Shown here: in pieces, positions 38,569 to 46,671 of the stretch
Numbering within the stretch: position 1 is the first letter of the stretch
Layout: each line of letters starts with the position of its first letter
DNA from: Phycisphaeraceae bacterium
GTDB lineage: Bacteria; Planctomycetota; Phycisphaerae; Phycisphaerales; Zrk34
Assembly: GCA_040905565.1 (NCBI GenBank)
Contig: JBBDRF010000071.1
Span: 1 to 64,000, forward strand
Reading direction: 5' to 3'
DNA: 64,000 bases
Position numbers and translations under genes: made by a program
The notes under the pieces: generated by a model
What the model saw: only the letters and a program-made list of their open reading frames with translations
Databases searched by the model: none
Told to the model about the DNA's origin: nothing

Positions 38569-39923
38569 GCGAACGAGATCGTTTCTATCAGGAGCGGGAC
38601 CGTCGAACCCGCGAGTACGGGGTCCAGGATGCGGCGTTCGAGCGCCCGGTGGCAGTGGTGGTCGGCGAGGACACAGCCGAAACCGAGCGGGGTCAGCTGC
38701 TCCTGCTGTCGCTCGTGCATCTGATCGCGCGGATGCATCACCGCTTGGTCCTAGTCGTGCCCCGGTCGCCGCTCATCGCACGCCGGGCGCTCGGCCCCGT
38801 GCAGACCGGCGCTTCCGCCACCCTTGAGGAAGCCGCGACGGCAGTTGCCACGGCAGTCGATCCGTTCATCCAGGTTAGGCACAAGCTCTCAGGCGATGTG
38901 AAGGCAGCGATCGGTATCGGCACGCTGCCTGAGGGTAAGGTGCCGTGGCACGTGGGCCCGCACAACAACCGTGCGATCGTATCGCCCGACCCGGTCCAGC
39001 CTGACCGGACCTTAGGATTCGCACTCGGCCCGTGTCTCGCAGCGTGTCTGGGGGCGTGGCTTCTCTTCCGGCTAGCGCTGGGTTGGCCGGTCCAGCCGCA
39101 GACAATCTCTGCGTGGAACCTTCGCCAAAATGATCAGGCGGAGGCGGGGCCGGAGGTGTTGGAGCCGCTGGATGTCGGGCGTGTGCTGATGGTTGGTGCG
39201 GGGGCGGTCGGCTCTTGCCTTGCCTACTGGCTCCGGCTGTCGGGCGTGCGTGGGCCGTGGCTCGTCGCTGACCGCGACACCGTCGCGCTCCACAACACGA
39301 ACCGCTCGCTCGCCTTCCTTCCGGCTGATGCGGGATGGCCGGCCGGGCAATCCCGCGCCAAGGCATTGGCGGTGGCAGACCTATTTGGCGCCCAGTCGCG
39401 GGTGGCTTGGTACGATGAACTCAAAGGCGCCGACCGCGACGCCGACTTGGTCCTGTGCTTGGCGAATCAAGGCGGCGTACGGTCGCGGATCGGTCAGCGG
39501 GGTGAGCCCATCGTATTGCACGCGACGACCTCACGGGGTTTCGAGTCCCAACTCCACCGGCACATCCCGGAGCGGGACGACTGCATCTTCTGCCGGGTTC
39601 CCTCAGCCGATGCCGAAGTCAACCTTGAATGTTCGACCGTTCCGCTCAAAGATGCTGGTTCCAGCACGGATGCCGCGATCTCGTTCTTGTCGGCGAGTGC
39701 GGGACTGATGTTGCTTTCCGCTCTGTACCGCCTTGCTGCGGGAGAATTGGAGCACGAGAAATGGAACTGGTGGCGGCTTGTGTACGGCAGCACCGTCCCG
39801 CTCGCCCTGACGGGAAAGCGCAAGTGCGCCGCGGACTGTCCGGGCACTCTCCCGGCCGAGGCGCGGAAGACCATTCAGGTCGACCATCGGTGGAGCCATT
39901 TAGATGCCGCGACGGGCGGATAA
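38565..39923 (+). CDS. ThiF/E1 activating enzyme with N-terminal inactive adenylation-like domain, BilD-like
   Basis: VGAGAVG, DRDTVALHNTNRS, CIFC, candidate catalytic Cys in LECST, and C-terminal CAADC; ATGA coupling. Confidence 0.88.
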   Translation: MSERDRFYQERDRRTREYGVQDAAFERPVAVVVGEDTAETERGQLLLLSLVHLIARMHHRLVLVVPRSPLIARRALGPVQTGASATLEEAATAVATAVDPFIQVRHKLSGDVKAAIGIGTLPEGKVPWHVGPHNNRAIVSPDPVQPDRTLGFALGPCLAACLGAWLLFRLALGWPVQPQTISAWNLRQNDQAEAGPEVLEPLDVGRVLMVGAGAVGSCLAYWLRLSGVRGPWLVADRDTVALHNTNRSLAFLPADAGWPAGQSRAKALAVADLFGAQSRVAWYDELKGADRDADLVLCLANQGGVRSRIGQRGEPIVLHATTSRGFESQLHRHIPERDDCIFCRVPSADAEVNLECSTVPLKDAGSSTDAAISFLSASAGLMLLSALYRLAAGELEHEKWNWWRLVYGSTVPLALTGKRKCAADCPGTLPAEARKTIQVDHRWSHLDAATGG

Positions 39924-40144
39924 AGTACCCTGCTAGATTGACGCAGGTCGGACGAGTTGGCTCCGCGCGGATTTTATCTTAAGCGGAAAGAGTCCGGCGA
40001 AAGTCCGCACATAGGTGTGCGCCAGCCGTAGCGACGCATGGCCGATGCGCGCTGGATCGCCGAAGGTCTTCTGGGGGCTTCTCCCAGCAGCTGAGAGGCG
40101 TGGGCGCGTGCCGCAATGGATTCGGAGACCGATGGCTGCCTGAG

Positions 40145-41281
40145 ATGATCATTCACCCAAGAACGATCCTACCAGACACGTCGATGCTCAATGGGCTCGC
40201 CGACGACCTCGCACATGGCGACCCAAAGCGTAGGAGGCGAGCGGAGCGGTTCCTTGCGGCATCAGTGGAACGCGGCTGGGTGTTCGTCATCGGCTTCGAG
40301 CACCTGATCGAAATTTGCCAGCATGCCAACGACAACGTCGTCATGCGCCGGATCCAACTACTCGATAAGTTTCCATCGGTCGCAGTTCTCTCGCCCGTGC
40401 GCGTGGAATCGCCGGTCGGCGGCATCGTCGACGTGCTCACGCGCGAGGTTCGCGCGGCCCATTTTCGAGGGTGCAAATCCTTACTGGCAATCCGAGATCG
40501 GGTTCGCGAGGAAGTGTTCCGGTGGACTGAGGGGCCGGAGATCTATGCGTTCGCACATGAGGCGATGCCGTTGATATCTGCTATCGCCAGATCGCAGATC
40601 CAGCAGAACCGGATGATCGCTTCGATGTCTCGGTTCAGTCCGATCGGAGCCCGGACGGCCCGAATCCCGAAGGACGAGCCTATGCCGGTGCGGAGCCCGT
40701 CCGAAATCCGACGGTACTTGCGGGAGTTGGGAGACCGGCTGAAATGGTCACTGAGCGCCGAGGGCGTGCCGGGCATCGAAGAGATCGAAGAATTTGCAGG
40801 AGCCTTCGTGTCGGACGTCGCCTCCGATTTCGCTCGGGCACTTGAGTTGGGTGGGGTTGATATCGGGACGATCTGTGAGGCAACAGGGCTCGATCGCGAG
40901 CTGGTTCAACCGGGCATGTCCGTTGAGGACATCGGATACGTTGCCGGCTGGAATCATCGTCTGAAGGTCGTGTCGAAGAACCTTCAGTTGCCGAACATGT
41001 TGACAGCGAGCGATGTGGCCCCCGATCTGATGCCCACCCAACGAGTCGATCGCCTGATCAACCGGATTCGGAAACGCGCAGCGCGTCGTGCGGAGGGGGG
41101 CGACCTGATGGACGACCACCTTCTTTCTCTCGGGTGTTACGCGGAGGTAGCGGTGGTGGACAAACGGACAAAAGAGTGGTGCCGGCAGGCCAAGCAGGCC
41201 GATCCGCAGCTGGGTGGCGTGCTTCCGAAAATCGTGAAGGTTCCGCGGTACGCCGAATTACTGAACGCGCTATCAGCATGA
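40145..41281 (+). CDS. Hypothetical protein, possible PIN-like nuclease
   Basis: Acidic pattern ILPDTS ... HLIE ... GDLMDDHLL ... VVDKR; fold assignment is tentative. Confidence 0.55.
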   Translation: MIIHPRTILPDTSMLNGLADDLAHGDPKRRRRAERFLAASVERGWVFVIGFEHLIEICQHANDNVVMRRIQLLDKFPSVAVLSPVRVESPVGGIVDVLTREVRAAHFRGCKSLLAIRDRVREEVFRWTEGPEIYAFAHEAMPLISAIARSQIQQNRMIASMSRFSPIGARTARIPKDEPMPVRSPSEIRRYLRELGDRLKWSLSAEGVPGIEEIEEFAGAFVSDVASDFARALELGGVDIGTICEATGLDRELVQPGMSVEDIGYVAGWNHRLKVVSKNLQLPNMLTASDVAPDLMPTQRVDRLINRIRKRAARRAEGGDLMDDHLLSLGCYAEVAVVDKRTKEWCRQAKQADPQLGGVLPKIVKVPRYAELLNALSA

Positions 41282-41498
41282 CGGCCGCCAACAGCTGCGG
41301 CGTTCGGACGGGCAGTTCAGTGGGTGGGCGAACACCTTGTGCGAAGACTTTCCGAATCTCGTGCCGGGTTGCGTGACCTGCCTGAACTCCGGTCGTCATG
41401 TGTCTCCAACGATTTCTCATGTCCGGGGCTCGCGAGACCTCGAGCACCTCTGGTGGTAGGTTGCTGCACCGATTAGAATTCATGCAAGGGCACCTCCC

Positions 41499-42131
41499 AT
41501 GGGACTACTTGGCCAGATCGCACGACTGCTGACCGGCGGGACATCCAAACCTGCCCGGGCCAAGCGCCGCTCCGCCAAGCATGGCGCCGTCCCATCCAAG
41601 GGCTGGAGTGACCACGACATCCGAATCGTGGCCGAGTCGGCTCAAAGCATGGTTCGGGTGGTGAACGAGTCCATGCAGATCGCCAAGTCGACGGGCAGCT
41701 TCGCAACTAAGCAGAGTCGGCTGCGCGTGGTTCGGGAGAACCTGAGGCAACTCAAAGCCATGCGCCAGCAGTACCCGTTCCTGATCCTGAAAGAACTCGA
41801 GGCGGTCGAAGCCGAGTGGGTACAGCTTCAGAACGAGGTGCAGCGTCGCGACTACGCCGCCATGGCCGATGGCAACCAGAAGGGGCAGGCGCTCGAAAAA
41901 GAGGGGCGGCCCGACGAAGCCATTGGGGTATACGAGCGGCTGCTCGCTCAGGGCGTCGACACGCCCTTTACCTATCGGCGTCTGGCAATCCTCTACCGCA
42001 AACGGAAGGACGGAGAGAACGAGATGCGAGTTCTCGACGCGGCCTGCCAAAACATCCCGCCAACAAATCCCAAGCATCACCAGTGGTTCGTCGAGCGACG
42101 GGAGAAACTGCGTACTAAGATGAAGGCCTGA
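41499..42131 (+). CDS. Hypothetical protein with C-terminal TPR
   Basis: NQKGQALEKEGRPDEAIGVYE...PFTYRRLAILYRK. Confidence 0.7.
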   Translation: MGLLGQIARLLTGGTSKPARAKRRSAKHGAVPSKGWSDHDIRIVAESAQSMVRVVNESMQIAKSTGSFATKQSRLRVVRENLRQLKAMRQQYPFLILKELEAVEAEWVQLQNEVQRRDYAAMADGNQKGQALEKEGRPDEAIGVYERLLAQGVDTPFTYRRLAILYRKRKDGENEMRVLDAACQNIPPTNPKHHQWFVERREKLRTKMKA

Positions 42132-42132
42132 T

Positions 42133-43731
42133 CTACTGGGGCGGCAACGGGCGCTTGATGAACTCGGAGCCTTCGGTTCCCTTCCACCGCACGAGAACGG
42201 TTTTGGCCGCCGGATCGGCCAACGCGGTCTCGACATCCTCCAGCGAACTCGGAAGTTGAGCTTTGGTGAGCACGATTTCACCAGGCGGAAGTTGGATGGG
42301 TGCCCCGAAGAGGGCCGCGTCCTCCGGCCCGACTGTTGCTTTCAGGTTCGCCACCTTCCTCTCAGACTGCTTCTGGAGCAGTTGCTCCGCCCCCTCGCGG
42401 CTGAAAATCGTTGTCACTTCCGTGGTTTCACCAAGCTGCCGCACCTCCTGGTCGCGGAAACGCCAGTAGATTTCAGCGATCCAATCGACGTCCTCCTCGG
42501 TCAGCGACTCAGGCATCACGGGATTCACGTCGCAGGCTTGGGCGATGGCGCGGGCCTGCCGGAGGTGCTCAAGCAGTTGGGCGGCCATCTCCACGAAGCC
42601 GAGGGCATCCCGCATGGCGTGCCCCGTGAACAGCGGGCGGCCCTTGCTGGTGCATCGGATGAACAGCAAGGCACCTTGCTGTACGGCGGTGAAAAGCTCG
42701 TACAGCGGGTCGAAGTAGGCCAGGTGGCGGATCCGCTGCCCGGTCCATTCCTCCACCCGAAAGCCAAAATCCATCGTAATCGATCCCCTGTCCTCCGTTT
42801 CGTCGAGCGCAAGCGGAAAACGAATCGACAGAGGCGACTCGGGCAGGGTGCCGGCAAACCGCATCTCCTTCGGCCCCCCCGCCAAGATCCCCACGATCGT
42901 ATCCAGCCGAGCCACCTCGCGATCGTCGGCCACCGCACAGACCTCGAGCCTGGCTTCGATGCTCTTTTGGTGCTGCATCGTGGCGGCTGTACCAACGATC
43001 TTCTCGATGAGCGGCGAACCATCCACCTTCACGTCCAGTTCCGAGAGGTCAACCGGCAAGCCCCGCTCGATCAGGTTCTCGATCGCTTGCTGCATCCGCT
43101 CCGGAGCTCCCGTGAGGTGCAGGTTGAACTGGACCGTCTGCTTCGCATTGACGCGGTAGTGGGTCTGGTCGCCGTCCGTTCGCACCGTGACGGCAAATCG
43201 CGGATCAAGACTCTCGTACCGCCGCTTCTCAGCGTCCACTGCCGTCGCAAGGGCCGCGGGCTGCAGCGCGATCATGTAGCGTTCGGCCTCAGCGACGGAG
43301 TTTTGCAACTGCTCGTGATCGTGGATCTTCTGGGTTTCGGGGATGTGCACAGTTACCCGCTGCTGGTCCCGCCACGGCCGCTGGGCCACCGCCTCCAGCG
43401 CATACTGCTGGAGGAACAGCCAGTAGCACCGCTCATTGGTCACGTCGACCACCACGAGAAACACCGGCTGCCGGCAGCAATCCACGTAATAGGCCAGGTG
43501 CTTGGAGCTCAGCGCAAAGCGGACCGTGCCGTTGACCAAGCGGAGCTGGCGCGTCCCTTTCAGCTGAACGGCGAACGTCTGTCCCGTCATTTGGCCGTCG
43601 GCGGCCACTTCGACCAGGTAGTCGATCCCGTAGTCGGGGTGCTGCGGGCGCGCCACCCAAGCGCTGGGAAGGGCGCCTTGAAAAGTTCGCTGGGCCGCCT
43701 CGTCGATCTCATGCTGCGGTGATCGTTGCAT
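42133..43731 (-). CDS. DUF4365 (PD-(D/E)xK nuclease) domain protein
   Basis: HPDYGIDYLVEV...FAVQLKGT and PVFLVVVDV; long unknown C-terminus. Confidence 0.82.
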   Translation of the reverse strand: MQRSPQHEIDEAAQRTFQGALPSAWVARPQHPDYGIDYLVEVAADGQMTGQTFAVQLKGTRQLRLVNGTVRFALSSKHLAYYVDCCRQPVFLVVVDVTNERCYWLFLQQYALEAVAQRPWRDQQRVTVHIPETQKIHDHEQLQNSVAEAERYMIALQPAALATAVDAEKRRYESLDPRFAVTVRTDGDQTHYRVNAKQTVQFNLHLTGAPERMQQAIENLIERGLPVDLSELDVKVDGSPLIEKIVGTAATMQHQKSIEARLEVCAVADDREVARLDTIVGILAGGPKEMRFAGTLPESPLSIRFPLALDETEDRGSITMDFGFRVEEWTGQRIRHLAYFDPLYELFTAVQQGALLFIRCTSKGRPLFTGHAMRDALGFVEMAAQLLEHLRQARAIAQACDVNPVMPESLTEEDVDWIAEIYWRFRDQEVRQLGETTEVTTIFSREGAEQLLQKQSERKVANLKATVGPEDAALFGAPIQLPPGEIVLTKAQLPSSLEDVETALADPAAKTVLVRWKGTEGSEFIKRPLPPQ

Positions 43732-43899
43732 GCTTCATCAAAGGTACCGCCGCCTGACCTCGTTGACTAGCTCACCGCCTCAATTACCGCCCCTGCTCGA
43801 TACGAGCAGCAGAAACACCTGTGCATAACGGCGCACGAGTGCTTGCTTTGGGCCGGAGTGTATCGCTCAATGGGCGTACACCCTGCGAGGAGCATCATC

Positions 43900-44157
43900 A
43901 TGCGCGCAACGCGGATCGATCTGGAAGGCCGCCCGGGCCACTACGCGAGCATCAGCCGCAAACGGGGGAGCGACCGGATCGACGTCCGGCTGCTAACTCC
44001 CGATACGCCCAACGGGCGTGATCATCACGTCCAAGCTGATTGCATCGACGACATCCGGTCGATGGCCGAGTGCCTGCAATTCCACCTCGACGGCCGTCGC
44101 GGCACCAACAGCGACATTCACGGCTACTTTCGCGAACTCGAGCGGTTCGCCAACTGA
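43900..44157 (+). CDS. Small hypothetical protein
   Basis: RBS GAGGAG; natural composition; start MRATRID. Confidence 0.6.
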   Translation: MRATRIDLEGRPGHYASISRKRGSDRIDVRLLTPDTPNGRDHHVQADCIDDIRSMAECLQFHLDGRRGTNSDIHGYFRELERFAN

Positions 44158-44180
44158 CCACCTGTCCCAAGGGGATCGCC

Positions 44181-44390
44181 ATGCCCGATGCTGCCCGCCT
44201 CGTCGACGCGCTCAAGGACAACCTCAGCCCTGAGGCCGCTGCGCTAATTGCCGCCAAATGTCAGCCGCTCTACGCCCGCAGCGAAGGCGGTCGATCCGCC
44301 GAGCATGAATGCGCCTGGTTCGCTCAGCAACTCATCGACATGCTCGGAACGGAAGAGTACGAAGCCATCTGCGACGAGTTGATGATGTGA
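44181..44390 (+). CDS. Small acidic hypothetical protein
   Basis: RBS AAGGGG; start MPDAARL; co-oriented with the previous gene. Confidence 0.6.
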   Translation: MPDAARLVDALKDNLSPEAAALIAAKCQPLYARSEGGRSAEHECAWFAQQLIDMLGTEEYEAICDELMM

Positions 44391-44463
44391 GCATCGGATC
44401 GCGCCCAGCGACTTGTCGAGCAGCGTCAATCAGCGATAATCGTGGTAAGATTGGGGTTTGCCA

Positions 44464-45316
44464 ATGCCACGGCGGAAGTCCGAGTCGGATCGCCTGCTTG
44501 ATGACGTGTTCGCCATGCTGCGTGAGGCGCCGTGGTGGGTGGGGCCTCCGTTCATTCTGATCGCATAGGGGCTGTTTGCGGTCGTCATACCTGCCATTTT
44601 GGAATACGTCGGCGAAGGCTCACAGCCGCCCTCGCAGCCGGTTTTCGACACGGTTGCTAGCGTCTCCAGCACGGTGTCGCCCTTCATCGCGGCGATCGCT
44701 GCGATCGTGTGGCTTGTTGCTCTGATGCAGAAAACCTGTCGATGCGCGTCGGTTGAATCGACAAACGGGCCTCGAAAGCATTCGAGATCTTTCATGGCGT
44801 GAGTTCGAACATCTGCTTGCTGAAGGCTTTCGGCGGCAGGGCTACCGCGTTTCCGACACCGGGGCGGGGGCGGATGGTGGGGTCGATCTGGTCCTGGAGA
44901 AAGCGGGGAGCCGGACACTCGTTCAGGCCAAGCAGTGGAAGGCGCGAAAGGTCGGGGTCCGGCCTGTGCGTGAGCTTTTCGGCGTGCAAAGGTCCGAGGG
45001 AGTGGATTCGGCCATCATCGTGACGAGTGGGAACATCACAGCCGAGGCACGCCGATTCGCTGACAGCAATGCTGTGCAGGTGATCGAGGGTGCGACGCTG
45101 CTGCAGATGATTCGAGAGGTGCAGCGCCATCGTCCGCAGCCGGCGGCGGCGAGGCCCACGAACCATGCGCCAGCGGGGCCGACTGATGATTCCCCAGCGT
45201 GTCCCGCTTGTGGAGCCCAGATGCTCCGGCGCATCGCTAAGAAGGGCCCCCGCGCGGGGCAGCCGTTCTGGGGATGCGCCAGCTTCCCCAGTTGCCGCGA
45301 AACACGAGCTGTCTAA
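44464..45316 (+). pseudogene. Membrane-anchored Mrr-family restriction endonuclease with topoisomerase Zn-ribbon, disrupted
   Basis: WREFE..., ADGGVDL, LVQAKQW and CPACG...FWGCASFPSC. The N-terminal TM part from ATG 44464 has an in-frame TAG (44566-44568) and a frameshift near 44733. Confidence 0.8.
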
Positions 45317-45360
45317 AAGGATCGGCAGGTTGAAGAAGCGGATGTTTTGGGCCGGCCAAA

Positions 45361-46671
45361 TTATTTGTGACGCTTCAGTTGTGCGGGAACACTGATTTCG
45401 TCCATCTGCTCCGGGAAGGCTGCGCTGCTGCGTAAATCTGCGATCAACGACGTTACCACGCGTTCCTCATGAATCGCGACGCCTCGTGTCTGCATGGCCG
45501 TGGATAGCTGATCATCCCATTTGGCGGGGACAGCATCACCACGAAGCTCGCGTCCGCCCTGGCCTGCGACGGCCAGATAATCTGCTGCCGACATGCGCCA
45601 TGGCTTTGCCCGATGTTCGCTGATGATTCGGTTGGCGATCCGGATGCCGCCCCAGTCAAAATCGCCGTGGTACCGAAGCGTGATGCCGGCGCTGCTGAGC
45701 AGTTCGAGCAGGAGGGTTGCCGCCGTGGTGGGCTGGCCGTCGATGCACACCAGCGGCTGACTCGCAGGGCCAAGCGCATCGGCGGCCGCCGCGACCACGT
45801 TCGCGTTCTCACAGACGAATACGCCGCCGGTCAAGGTGTCGGCGTCGAAAGTCGGCGGGCGGCGCAGCAGTTGCCGTGATGTCAGACGGCAGGGCTCACC
45901 GGCCTGGGCGCCGAGGGTGAGCAGTTGATCGGTCAGGGCCGTGCCGGCGCCGGGCAGGTTCAGCGCGAGGGCGGGGGCGCTGAGTTCGTCGCAGATCACG
46001 CGGACCGCATCCCAGGCGCGGCGGCGGGCGGAGGCGCTGCGCCACTGATCGTGGCCGGCCAACGCCGCGGCTGCGCGCACAGCCAGCGTGCCGACAGGCT
46101 GGCCGTGATCCAGCGCGTGGCTGTCACCACAACACTCGGCGGCGAGTTGGGCGAGCGTCACACCCCCGGCCGGTAGGCGACCGACCACCCGAACGGCCTG
46201 CTCGAGCAGCACAGCCCCGCGCTCGACATCGCCACCGGACAACCGCCGCAACACCCCCTGCTCACGGACCTGCTCGTACCAGCTCGCCACCGCCTCGCGC
46301 GTCTGTACGTCGGAGCGGAAGCGATCGAAGAGGTTCATCCAGGCTGCCCGCTCACGCTCCGCTTCGCTGCGTCGATCGATCAGAGGGCCTGTCAGCGTTT
46401 CGATCGCCTGGCGAAGGTTGGGCGCCATGCCGCTGCTGACGACGATGTGCTCCAGTTGATCGATCCGCACGCTGATCGAATCGCTCGCGACTGGGCACCG
46501 ACCAAGCAGCCGATCGCATGCTTCCCGCTCTCGCGGGCTGGGATTGAGCAGCCGAAGCACGCCGTTCGCGTCCGTTTGGCCTCGCTCGTAGCGCCGTCGC
46601 AGGCGATCCACCAGCCAGGCCAGTTCCGGCGTGCCCAGCGTTTGCCGTACTCGTGGCTCATCTACCCTCAC
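45361..46671 (-). CDS. jetD: Wadjet type II JetD-like Toprim nuclease (TIGR02679 family)
   Basis: GDSHALD, VFVCEN, PLVCIDGQP and YHGDFDWGGIRIA; last gene of a coupled four-gene operon. Confidence 0.85.
   Translation of the reverse strand: MRVDEPRVRQTLGTPELAWLVDRLRRRYERGQTDANGVLRLLNPSPREREACDRLLGRCPVASDSISVRIDQLEHIVVSSGMAPNLRQAIETLTGPLIDRRSEAERERAAWMNLFDRFRSDVQTREAVASWYEQVREQGVLRRLSGGDVERGAVLLEQAVRVVGRLPAGGVTLAQLAAECCGDSHALDHGQPVGTLAVRAAAALAGHDQWRSASARRRAWDAVRVICDELSAPALALNLPGAGTALTDQLLTLGAQAGEPCRLTSRQLLRRPPTFDADTLTGGVFVCENANVVAAAADALGPASQPLVCIDGQPTTAATLLLELLSSAGITLRYHGDFDWGGIRIANRIISEHRAKPWRMSAADYLAVAGQGGRELRGDAVPAKWDDQLSTAMQTRGVAIHEERVVTSLIADLRSSAAFPEQMDEISVPAQLKRHK

Noticed and set aside
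37290..39923. CBASS type II or a ThiS/MoaD cofactor operon
   Set aside because: There is no CD-NTase, E1 and E2 are separate, a dedicated Ubl is present, and no thiamine, molybdopterin or cysteine synthesis genes are adjacent.
44566..44568. Pyrrolysine or amber read-through in the Mrr gene
   Set aside because: A second lesion (frameshift) follows in the same gene, and TAG serves as a normal stop elsewhere in the window.
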